20,000 nucleotides of DNA from an uncultured virus (IMG/VR IMGVR_UViG_3300025832_000005) (Duplodnaviria > Heunggongvirae > Uroviricota > Caudoviricetes): positions 113,133 through 133,132 of IMG/VR virus record IMGVR_UViG_3300025832_000005. One strand, 5' to 3'. The translations under genes and the position numbers were made by a program. Positions within the stretch are counted from its first letter, which is position 1; each line of letters opens with the position of its first letter. The notes under the pieces were generated by a model. It saw only the letters and a list, made by a program, of their open reading frames with translations. It searched no databases and was not told the origin of the DNA. This document shows positions 1-7,564 of this stretch, piece by piece.

Positions 1-7
1 ATGCCAT
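1..7 (-). CDS. Probable start (ATG GCA T...) of a further minus-strand gene running off the left edge
   Basis: Reverse complement reads CATAAATA-CGTATATA-ATGGCAT, i.e. an ATG 8 nt after a late-promoter-like motif. Only 2 codons are visible. Confidence 0.4.
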
Positions 8-15
8 TATATACG

Positions 16-23
16 TATTTATG
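16..23 (-). promoter_or_regulatory. T4-type late promoter-like motif (CATAAATA)
   Basis: tatttatg at 16-23 is a 7/8 match to TATAAATA. It is intergenic and upstream of the ATG at 7. Confidence 0.6.
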
Positions 24-28
24 TTTAA

Positions 29-709
29 TTAAAAGTTTTCAAAAGCAACGTGTTCTGGTTGAAATTGTGCTGTAAAAGTAACTGGTGCGCTGTCTGAATA
101 GTCTAGTCTATCATGAGTAACATTTGTCATCATACAGTTAGACATAATAATCCTTCGTCCACGACCATCACCAGCAGCTGCTGGAGTATTTGGTGGACCA
201 GCAAAAACTGATTCACGTGTGTCAGTAGTAGTTATAATAATTCTATTAAAGAAAAATCTACCTAACGAATTTATTGCGTTAAGACCGCTTGGTGTATTAA
301 TTACACCAGTAGTAGCATTTGAAGCAAACGGAGATTTAAGTTTACTTAATCCTTGTGAGTAATAATAAGAAGCATAAGAAGTAAGTAAATTTTGAAAGTG
401 ACCATCAACAGTATCATAAAATGTTATTGATGATGGTGAAATTTCCTGTCTAGTTGTCACAAATCTTTGATGATTGTATTGATTTAATCGTGTTACATTG
501 TATTGATAGTCAGGCAGTTCAACTCCTGATACTCTATCAAATACAAATGATTTTCCATAACTTTCATCAGATAGTGTAGCAGCATCGTCAATTTCCATAA
601 ACACAGAAAAGTTAAATTTCTGTCTTGGCTTCTTGAACATTACGAGATCGTCGACTCCGTAAATCGATGCTGCTGCATTAAGTGGACCAGTGCTAGAGGT
701 TATTCCCAT
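29..709 (-). CDS. Tail tube-fold protein (gp19 paralogue / gp54-like baseplate tube initiator)
   Basis: 226 aa, directly downstream of the tube gene. It shares the tube pattern: PRQKFNFSV ~ PKLQYRFRV; ELPDYQYNVTRLNQYN ~ SRPGLTHEQIPVDAYN; SITFYD ~ SIVLRD; NCMMTNVTHDRLDYSDSAPVTFTAQFQPE ~ GCYITNIQYGDMAYSASDQVQVTVQIQYD. Confidence 0.7.
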   Translation of the reverse strand: MGITSSTGPLNAAASIYGVDDLVMFKKPRQKFNFSVFMEIDDAATLSDESYGKSFVFDRVSGVELPDYQYNVTRLNQYNHQRFVTTRQEISPSSITFYDTVDGHFQNLLTSYASYYYSQGLSKLKSPFASNATTGVINTPSGLNAINSLGRFFFNRIIITTTDTRESVFAGPPNTPAAAGDGRGRRIIMSNCMMTNVTHDRLDYSDSAPVTFTAQFQPEHVAFENF

Positions 710-715
710 TAGTTA

Positions 716-1306
716 TTAGCCTGTTGCGTTAACTAATGTGTTGTCTACTGTGCCGCCTGTAAGTGTGGCGTTTCCAGCAGCGTCATAAATCTCTGCGTTG
801 TCGTATTGAATTTGTACTGTAACTTGTACTTGGTCACTTGCGCTATATGCCATATCGCCATACTGAATGTTTGTGATGTAGCAACCGCTAAGTTCAAACT
901 TGTCTAGTACACCTGGTGTTGGATTTGCTCCGTCAAGTGTTTCTATTGAAGTTGAAAATTTATAACCAGCACCTGCTCTTACACTACTTTGGTTAGCGTG
1001 GTCTACTTGTCTGTTAAGTTGGTTATTTAATTCTCTTAGTGTAACGCCATCAATGTCGTCACGTAATACAATACTTACAGGTTCCCATGTGTGTTTGCCT
1101 GCTAAGTAAATTCTACTATTGTACGCATCTACTGGGATTTGTTCGTGTGTTAATCCAGGTCTGCTTGTACTAATAACGTTTCTTGTTGGGGTAGCACTAA
1201 AGCCTTCACCCTCAAAAGTAACTCTGAAACGGTACTGTAGTTTTGGCATAATAGTAGTGGTGTTTCCTGAATTGTCTGGAACACCTAGTGTTGTTAATAC
1301 TGCCAT
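716..1306 (-). CDS. gp19: Tail tube protein (T4 gp19-like)
   Basis: 196 aa, immediately after the sheath. Motifs PKLQYRFRV, YLAGKHTWEPVSIVLRDD and GC(Y)I..I.YGD..Y...QV.V.IQYD. SD (GAGGAG) lies at about 1313-1318. Confidence 0.9.
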   Translation of the reverse strand: MAVLTTLGVPDNSGNTTTIMPKLQYRFRVTFEGEGFSATPTRNVISTSRPGLTHEQIPVDAYNSRIYLAGKHTWEPVSIVLRDDIDGVTLRELNNQLNRQVDHANQSSVRAGAGYKFSTSIETLDGANPTPGVLDKFELSGCYITNIQYGDMAYSASDQVQVTVQIQYDNAEIYDAAGNATLTGGTVDNTLVNATG

Positions 1307-1333
1307 GTTAGTCTCCTCTATACTAGCTAATAC

Positions 1334-1341
1334 TATTTATA
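1334..1341 (-). promoter_or_regulatory. T4-type late promoter TATAAATA for the tail tube gene
   Basis: tatttata at 1334-1341 is a perfect TATAAATA on the minus strand, 27 nt before the ATG at 1306. Confidence 0.8.
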
Positions 1342-1352
1342 AGAAATCAGTG

Positions 1353-1380
1353 AAAAAAAATGGACGCACTAGGCGCCCAT
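1353..1380 (-). terminator. Rho-independent terminator after the tail sheath gene
   Basis: Minus strand reads ATGGGCGC-CTAGT-GCGTCCAT followed by a T run. This gives an 8-bp stem with one G-U pair, 25 nt past the sheath stop. Confidence 0.85.
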
Positions 1381-1405
1381 TAAGTTTGTAGTTATTTTAG
1401 TCTTT

Positions 1406-3784
1406 TTATGCGTTAGACAGTGTACCACTGTTAACGATACGGATTGGAATGTAAATAAATTCTACTGATTTAGTTGGCTCAATTGCCACATCAATATATA
1501 ATTCGTTACGGTCAATACGTGCTGGTGTGTTGTTGCTTGTATCACACACAACAGCAAAGTCTGTTACACCTCTGCGGCTTAAAATATCTGCCAAGAAACG
1601 TTCAAACACTTGTGCTGCTCTTGCTCTAGTCTGTGTATCGTTTTGTTCAAACAAGAATGGTCTAGCAATCTCATCAAAACGTTCACGTAAGTAAGCCACC
1701 AAGCGAGCAACGTTAACACGGTCAAGTGCTGTTGTTGTACTTGCTAATGTTTTCTGTCCAAATATAACTGTACCTTGTCCAATAAATGTTGTAATTGGAT
1801 TTAGTTTGTTTTGATACATTTCATCACGTTGTCCTTGTGTAAGGCTAATTGCTTTAAACTCATTCTCACTAGTAATGTAACCAACTGAGCTTGCGTTTTG
1901 TACAACACCACGTGTTAATCCTGCTGGAGCAAACCATGGGAAACTAATGTTGTCGTTATAAGCAAATGTGTATAGTGCCATGTGACTTGCTGGAACAACT
2001 ACTGTTTTACCTGTAACTGGCTCTGTTGAGTTGCCTGATGGATAGTATGCGGCACTGTAAGTATTATTTGTTACTAAGCCATCTTCTCCATTTTCAGTAG
2101 CAACGTTACTATTTTTAACCCAACTAATTGCTTCAGTTGCAGTTTTGCGCATTGGTGTATCAATAATAATAAATGCTGTTTCACCACGGTCACTGTTTAG
2201 TGTTACTAATTCGTCTGTTAGTTCAGGATAGTTAGGTGCTGCTAGTAAACTATATGCGTACTGCTCTTCACGTAAATCTGCTCCTGCTACTACTGCTTGC
2301 ATGCCAGCCGCTACAACTTTACGTTGAGCAAATCTACCAAATGCGCCACTGCCATCTGAATGATTAGTTGCCGCATTTCTCCATGCTGTGCCGTTCCAAC
2401 TACGTACTGTATTTCTACTTTGTGCCATATTAACTACAAGCATTCCATCTGGATAAATTGTCGCATCTGGAGCACCTGCAATACCAGCACCGCCGCCGAA
2501 AGTGTCGTCAATGTCAGCAAACAATACACCGTTTGCGCTTGTTTGGTCACTATTTGAATGTTTAACCCAAGCAGAACCATTATGCTGATAAATTTTAGGA
2601 TAGTCACGGGCATTAGCACCGCTTGCTAATGTTGTGTCGACCCAAACATCACCATCCGCTAATGCGGCGCCTAAGGTGTCTGTTGTTGGTGCTGTTGTGC
2701 TATATTGTACATCAGCTGCTGCGGTCCATGCAGAACCATTACTAGTATAAATGTCTAAACTATCAACTGTGTTATCAAACCAATATTGACCAGTTGATGC
2801 TGTTGCTGTTGGTGCTGCAATTTGTGCTAATAATGAAGAAGCTAATGCCAACGGTGCGCCTGCGCCGCTTACTACTAAGATATCAATTTGATCTACTGCT
2901 TCACCTAAAAGTATACCGCCTGCTGTGGCACTTGATGTTAGTGCTGTTGCGCTTGCGCCATCTTGTGGTACAAATGTAGTAATATCAGCATTATCTGAAC
3001 CATCACTTACACCTACTACTGATTGTGGATTCCATGCTGTAGTAAATTTACTAATAGCAATACTTACACCGTTACCTGGGCTTGTTGTTTTAACCCAAAC
3101 ATCGCCATTACTTGGTCCTACTGGTACGCTATAGTGTGGTGCTAGTGTTGCGCCTGCTGTTACCCATGCCGCTCCACTTTCTTTATAATATTCAATACTA
3201 TTACTTAAAGTTGAAACTACGACGTGATATCCGCCAGTTACAACTGCTGCCGCTGGTGCTGTGCCTGCCGCTGTACTAATTACTTCTACTGTTGGTAGTT
3301 TGTTTTCCCATAGTCCACTTGTACTGTTATATACGTGGATACCATACTTACTAGCGTCTGTGTCTAACCAGTATGTATTTGCTGTTGAAAATGTACTTGT
3401 TGGTTGAATTGTTGTTGAATCTAATTCTGCTAGGTCAATATTAGCACGAACGATAAAGGCTCGTGATCCTTGTCCTAGATAACTGTATGCGGCTAATAAG
3501 CCGTATTCACTTGTTTCGCTACCTTGTACAATAGCTGTTCCGCTTGTAGTGAATGTTGGATTACCAAAATATTGTGTAAGCTCACGCTGTGATGTAACTG
3601 AAATTACATTACCAGCTTGTGTTGCTTTTGTAAATTTTGCGATACCATCTGATTCACTACCAGTTGGATCTGTTTTATTTTCTCTTGTTGCTACAACAAT
3701 TAGTGGTACTGTTCCGTTTCCGGCGGCGCCATATGCGCTTTCATCAGTTACACTAACCTGTACACCTGGTGATACTAAAGCCAT
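1406..3784 (-). CDS. gp18: Contractile tail sheath protein (T4 gp18-like) with a large internal insertion
   Basis: 792 aa. N-terminal MALVSPGVQVSVTDES and ELTQYFGNP; C-terminal PWFAPAGLTRG, LNPI...GQKTL...ALDRVNVARL...FLFEQND and VCDTSNNTPARIDRNELYIDVAIEPTKSVEFIYIPI. SD AGAGGAG lies at about 3791-3797. Confidence 0.95.
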   Translation of the reverse strand: MALVSPGVQVSVTDESAYGAAGNGTVPLIVVATRENKTDPTGSESDGIAKFTKATQAGNVISVTSQRELTQYFGNPTFTTSGTAIVQGSETSEYGLLAAYSYLGQGSRAFIVRANIDLAELDSTTIQPTSTFSTANTYWLDTDASKYGIHVYNSTSGLWENKLPTVEVISTAAGTAPAAAVVTGGYHVVVSTLSNSIEYYKESGAAWVTAGATLAPHYSVPVGPSNGDVWVKTTSPGNGVSIAISKFTTAWNPQSVVGVSDGSDNADITTFVPQDGASATALTSSATAGGILLGEAVDQIDILVVSGAGAPLALASSLLAQIAAPTATASTGQYWFDNTVDSLDIYTSNGSAWTAAADVQYSTTAPTTDTLGAALADGDVWVDTTLASGANARDYPKIYQHNGSAWVKHSNSDQTSANGVLFADIDDTFGGGAGIAGAPDATIYPDGMLVVNMAQSRNTVRSWNGTAWRNAATNHSDGSGAFGRFAQRKVVAAGMQAVVAGADLREEQYAYSLLAAPNYPELTDELVTLNSDRGETAFIIIDTPMRKTATEAISWVKNSNVATENGEDGLVTNNTYSAAYYPSGNSTEPVTGKTVVVPASHMALYTFAYNDNISFPWFAPAGLTRGVVQNASSVGYITSENEFKAISLTQGQRDEMYQNKLNPITTFIGQGTVIFGQKTLASTTTALDRVNVARLVAYLRERFDEIARPFLFEQNDTQTRARAAQVFERFLADILSRRGVTDFAVVCDTSNNTPARIDRNELYIDVAIEPTKSVEFIYIPIRIVNSGTLSNA

Positions 3785-3818
3785 TTTATTCTCCTCTGGT
3801 CATATCTATCGATGTTAG

Positions 3819-3826
3819 TATTTATT
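3819..3826 (-). promoter_or_regulatory. Late promoter-like motif (AATAAATA) for the sheath gene
   Basis: tatttatt at 3819-3826, intergenic, upstream of the SD and ATG of the sheath. Confidence 0.65.
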
Positions 3827-3859
3827 AGAATAGCTATATATCAGGGGGGAAACAGGGGT

Positions 3860-3873
3860 TAACTACGTAGTTA
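3860..3873. repeat. Perfect 14-bp palindrome TAACTACGTAGTTA
   Basis: Read directly from the intergenic region between the kinase stop and the sheath promoter. Confidence 0.75.
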
Positions 3874-3878
3874 TTTAA

Positions 3879-4391
3879 TTAATTAGCACTATATGAGTCA
3901 ATATGTGAGATAAGAGCATGTACATTAAACTCAAGATCTTTTAGTGTACCATTGTTACAAATAGTAAAGTCTGACATCCACTGTTCTAAACTCATACTAT
4001 TTTTATTCTCTGGAGGTAAATGATCACTACGGTCAACCCAAATACAGTAATCAAACACACCTGTATTTTTCATGGCATGGAATTCTTTTTTGTTTCTTAG
4101 CCCACAATAGATGTCATAAGCGTTAAACATTTCTCTACCTAGTGTAGCAGGATCCGGTACATTGTAATCACAGATAGCTTCATACCACTCTTGTCTGTGG
4201 TTATGTCGGTCAGCATAACATTCTTCTTCAGATTTATATCCATACTTGTCTTTAAGATCGTTGTATATAAATTGTAGACTACAAAATTTTGAACTGCTTT
4301 CAAAACTGTATCCATACGTGTCTCTGAGTATCTCACAGACAGTATCTTTGCCATGGCGTCCATGACCTATTACTAGTAATTTTAATTTCAT
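3879..4391 (-). CDS. Deoxynucleoside monophosphate kinase-like P-loop protein (T4 gp1-like)
   Basis: 170 aa. N-terminal Walker-A-like LLVIGHGRHGKDTV, then GLRNKKEF, IWVDRS and DFTICNNGTLKDL, as typical of phage dNMP kinases. Confidence 0.7.
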   Translation of the reverse strand: MKLKLLVIGHGRHGKDTVCEILRDTYGYSFESSSKFCSLQFIYNDLKDKYGYKSEEECYADRHNHRQEWYEAICDYNVPDPATLGREMFNAYDIYCGLRNKKEFHAMKNTGVFDYCIWVDRSDHLPPENKNSMSLEQWMSDFTICNNGTLKDLEFNVHALISHIDSYSAN

Positions 4392-4397
4392 GTTTAT

Positions 4398-4426
4398 ATA
4401 ATAGCAAACCTAGTTGTAGTTGTCAA
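4398..4426 (-). promoter_or_regulatory. Sigma70-type (early) promoter for the kinase gene
   Basis: TTGACA (4426-4421), 17 nt, then TATTAT (4403-4398), preceded by an extended -10 TG. The ATG follows 6 nt later with no SD. Confidence 0.75.
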
Positions 4427-5163
4427 CCGATAATTATACCTAAGCCAGCTTGGCCATCAGTATAAGTTTTAAGTTCATCATCTAGTTTGTCAATTGCCAT
4501 TTGCGCATCACTACGCAATGCGTCAGCATTAAGACTAGTACCACCTTGTGGACCAGCAATAGTATTAAACTTACCACGAGCTTCTGCTAACATTAGTTTA
4601 CTATATGCTAGTGCCAATTCTTTAATCCATGGCATGGCATATGTATCACTTAGTAATTCTTCTTCACTGCGCTGTTTATAAGTGTGTAAGTATACAGTGT
4701 CAGCGGCTTTAGTTCTGCGATGAATTGTTATTTTTTTACTAACAGTATTCCAAGTAAACAATAACTCTTTACCAAAAATACGACCAAGTGTTTCACGATG
4801 TTGTGATAAAGCATCAAATGTTGCTAGTCCGCCAGCTCTACCGCCGTGTAACAAATAGTTGTTTAAATATGCTGCTTCGAATGGTTCCATATCAGCACCA
4901 CCACTACCATTAAGTGTGCCACTTGCTCGTCTGTAAATGGTATAAACATCTATAACTTCATCAGGTAAAGTATAGTCAGCAACATCAATTACTAAGTCTA
5001 ATGTAATGAAGCTTTCTTCGACAGCGTTTTCACTACGCTGTCTATATTTTTCTAATGCCTTGCGAATGGAAAGATCGTAGTGCTCTGGGTCGAGCTCTAC
5101 GTCTACCATTTGTCCGCCTAAGCGAAGTTCGATTTCTTTAATTAATTCATCACGTTTTGCCAT
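4423..5163 (-). CDS. gp13: Neck/head-completion protein (T4 gp13-like)
   Basis: 246 aa. LRLGGQMVDVELDPEHYD..I..AL..Y, Y.LPDEVIDV and WIKELALAYSK..LAEARGKF..IAGPQGGTSLNAD.L...AQ..IDKL match the gp13 family pattern. Confidence 0.85.
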   Translation of the reverse strand: MAKRDELIKEIELRLGGQMVDVELDPEHYDLSIRKALEKYRQRSENAVEESFITLDLVIDVADYTLPDEVIDVYTIYRRASGTLNGSGGADMEPFEAAYLNNYLLHGGRAGGLATFDALSQHRETLGRIFGKELLFTWNTVSKKITIHRRTKAADTVYLHTYKQRSEEELLSDTYAMPWIKELALAYSKLMLAEARGKFNTIAGPQGGTSLNADALRSDAQMAIDKLDDELKTYTDGQAGLGIIIG

Positions 5164-5168
5164 GTAAG

Positions 5169-5176
5169 TATTTATA
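5169..5176 (-). promoter_or_regulatory. T4-type late promoter TATAAATA, 5 nt before the gp13-like ATG
   Basis: Minus strand reads TATAAATA-CTTAC-ATG. Confidence 0.8.
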
Positions 5177-6331
5177 CTATTTGAAGGCTTTTAGTAAAAT
5201 AGTATCTTCATTAATCCTACCGTTCATTTTAATATCAGTAGTTTTCAGATATCCGAACTGTGTTTTAAGTTTATGATGTGTTACCTTTTTCCACTGTGGC
5301 AATATTTCACTTGGCTTACGTACTGTTTTTTGTCGGCTTGTCTTCTCATCAAAGAACTGAAGTGTAGTACCTTTAACTTGTAGTGTAGCTTCGTGTTGCG
5401 CATAGTAGATACCAAGTTTACGTGTTTTAGTATTAAACACAACTAGCGCACTAGCACCAATGATGTCTTGTGGAGGAATACTGCTAATACCGTAGTCTGG
5501 ATCACTTGGCTTAAACTTCATCTTCTTAACTAAATCAACAGCACTTTTTTGTTTAGGCTTACGCACAGCTCTTGTTTGTTTCTTCTCAGCACGTAAAATG
5601 TCAAGTGCTTGAAAGATACGTTGGTAAAAACCATGTAGCTCTTTCTTTTCTTTTGTACTCAAGTGATTAAAACCTTCAGCAAGTTGCTGTTGCATATCGT
5701 CTTGTTTTTTAGGAGCAGGCAAGTTAATAAGTTCTTCTAGCTCTTGATACGCACCTTCATAAAACTGCTGAATAAATCGAGCATGTCCTAGATTAACTTC
5801 TAACTTGCGGAATAGTTGTAGAGGTTGCTTGTCTTTAAGTGGATTCTTTTTAGGATCACGAAGCCAATCATCTGCCCATTGATCAATCTCTTCCATTTTA
5901 TCAATGGTTGCTTCTTGAAGTCTTTCCTGAATTGTAGGAACATACTTTACTTTTTTTGTAGTTAATTCAATCTTTTTAAGCTCAACAATCTGACGTCCTT
6001 CTTCTGCTAGACTCTTGATCCACGCATCTAGTTTACCTACATAATCAGGATGAATTTTATCTGGAGCATTTTCTTCAATAAATGCGGCTGTTGCCCAATG
6101 GCTTTTACCACCAACTTTGTGGTCTGGTAACTTATTAATAGCTACTTGTACTTCTTTATCGTAGTTTTTCTTAATATAGTTCTTAACTTGATTTAACCAC
6201 TCTTTTGACTCCATCATATAATGAATATGATATTGTGCTGTATGCCAATCCTTTGTAGGAACCATATCCCAAGCGCCTTTGCGTCTTGTAGCACGTACTG
6301 TTTTTTTCTTACGAGTTGATGTTTTAGCCAT
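5177..6331 (-). CDS. Lys-rich hypothetical protein (384 aa)
   Basis: The track gives 5177..6370, but the ATG at 6331 (MAKTSTRKKKT) has an AGGAG SD at 6338-6342 and lies downstream of a sigma70 promoter. The C-terminal part (IIGASALVVFNTKTRKLG...LQVKGTTL...QKTVRKP...NGRINEDTILLK) resembles, from recollection, a conserved unknown protein of T4-like aquatic phages. Confidence 0.8.
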   Translation of the reverse strand: MAKTSTRKKKTVRATRRKGAWDMVPTKDWHTAQYHIHYMMESKEWLNQVKNYIKKNYDKEVQVAINKLPDHKVGGKSHWATAAFIEENAPDKIHPDYVGKLDAWIKSLAEEGRQIVELKKIELTTKKVKYVPTIQERLQEATIDKMEEIDQWADDWLRDPKKNPLKDKQPLQLFRKLEVNLGHARFIQQFYEGAYQELEELINLPAPKKQDDMQQQLAEGFNHLSTKEKKELHGFYQRIFQALDILRAEKKQTRAVRKPKQKSAVDLVKKMKFKPSDPDYGISSIPPQDIIGASALVVFNTKTRKLGIYYAQHEATLQVKGTTLQFFDEKTSRQKTVRKPSEILPQWKKVTHHKLKTQFGYLKTTDIKMNGRINEDTILLKAFK

Positions 6332-6366
6332 GTTATTCTCCTGAACTATATTGCCGTTACTTATAA

Positions 6367-6395
6367 ACAATACACTATTTAAAAACCTTTGTCAA
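6367..6395 (-). promoter_or_regulatory. Sigma70-type promoter with nested TAAATA late motif
   Basis: TTGACA (6395-6390), spacer AAGGTTTT TAAATA GTG (17 nt), then TATTGT (6372-6367). Confidence 0.65.
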
Positions 6396-6397
6396 GC

Positions 6398-6405
6398 CAT
6401 AAATA
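6398..6405 (+). promoter_or_regulatory. Late promoter-like CATAAATA, 5 nt before the gp14-like ATG
   Basis: Sequence reads CATAAATA-TACGT-ATG(6411). It sits back-to-back with the divergent sigma70 promoter. Confidence 0.7.
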
Positions 6406-6410
6406 TACGT

Positions 6411-7553
6411 ATGCCACGTTTAACATTATATAAACCAACTAAAACTAACGATTTTCACTTTATGGATCGCCAGATCCGTGAGCAATTTTGGATTGGAGGC
6501 ACAGGAGTTAACGTACACAAGTATGTAGGGCCAGCCGCACAGCCCAATCAAAATGATCCATCACAGCCCAATTATATTGACGGACGTGAAGTGGATCCAC
6601 TCAGTGGAGATTTTATTAATGTAGATAGTCTCATTAATGAAACTAAAATACAAGACTTATTATTCTTGGAAAACAGAGATAGAAAATACGATCCAGACAT
6701 TTACGATCTGCGTGGTATATATAATGTACAAGACAATGATTTTGACCTAACACAATTTGGTATGTTTTTAGCAAACGATCAATTTTATATGACATTCCAT
6801 ACTAATGATATGGTTGAATTACTTGGAAGAAAACTATTACCTGGTGATGTACTAGAATTACCTCACTTACGTGATGATTTGTTATTAGATGCTAATAAAG
6901 CACCTATAAGCAAGTATTATGTAGTAGCAGACGGCAACCGTGGTGCTGAAGGATTTAGTCAAACTTGGTATAGTCATATTTGGAGAGTAAAACTTAATCC
7001 ACTTACAGACTCACAAGAGTTTAATGATATACTTGGCAATGCCAGTGACAGTGCTACAGTAAATTACGATATAAGCACATATAAGTCAGAGTTTAATGTT
7101 AGTGATGCGATTGTAGCAAGTGCTGCGCAAGATGATCCAGATGGTACAAGTTTACTAGATCATTTATATGGTTTTGAACACGCAACTGCTGGTGGTGTTG
7201 TAATACAAGATAATACATATAACCATGGCGAAACAATAGCAAGTGGCAGTGCTTTTCCAGCAGATGCCAATGAAGGCGAATATTTTATTAGAACAGACTT
7301 TAGTCCGAACCGTATGTTTGTGAGAAGAGGTTCTAAGTGGAACAGAAGTTACGACAACGTAACTGACAAGACTTGGGTAGACCGTACATATAACGCAAGT
7401 GATTATATTACAGAAGATGCCAAGTCAATGGTAAACGATGAAGAATTTAATAGGAAGCAAGCAATAAGTGATGTCATTATGCCACGTCCAGACAATAAAG
7501 TTAATAGCGAATATGTTGAAGACGGGTATACGGATGACGATTACGTGCTGTAA
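6411..7553 (+). CDS. Neck/head-closure protein (T4 gp14-like) with C-terminal extension
   Basis: Start reassigned from TTG 6351 to ATG 6411 (MPRLTLYKP...). Motifs IQDLLFLENRDRKYD, FDLTQFGMFL.NDQFYMTF and GRKLLPGDVLELPHL resemble gp14 (FG....D...F....P..GDLI..P). Its position between gp13-like and gp15-like genes supports the call. Confidence 0.7.
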   Translation: MPRLTLYKPTKTNDFHFMDRQIREQFWIGGTGVNVHKYVGPAAQPNQNDPSQPNYIDGREVDPLSGDFINVDSLINETKIQDLLFLENRDRKYDPDIYDLRGIYNVQDNDFDLTQFGMFLANDQFYMTFHTNDMVELLGRKLLPGDVLELPHLRDDLLLDANKAPISKYYVVADGNRGAEGFSQTWYSHIWRVKLNPLTDSQEFNDILGNASDSATVNYDISTYKSEFNVSDAIVASAAQDDPDGTSLLDHLYGFEHATAGGVVIQDNTYNHGETIASGSAFPADANEGEYFIRTDFSPNRMFVRRGSKWNRSYDNVTDKTWVDRTYNASDYITEDAKSMVNDEEFNRKQAISDVIMPRPDNKVNSEYVEDGYTDDDYVL

Positions 7554-7564
7554 GGATAAAAAAC

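Noticed and set aside
707..718. Stop-codon read-through fusing the two tube-fold genes, or genetic-code reassignment
   Set aside because: The genes are separated by tandem TAA TAA. Standard code gives full-length genes throughout, and TAG (5177) and TGA (4423) serve as ordinary stops.
1119..4681. Short alternative-frame or antisense ORFs over the tube, sheath, kinase and gp13-like genes
   Set aside because: They overlap well-supported genes and show no independent coding signals.
6332..6410. Track starts at 6370 (minus) and 6351 (plus), implying head-to-head overlap
   Set aside because: Better ATG starts exist at 6331 (with SD) and 6411 (after the late motif), and the interval holds promoters.
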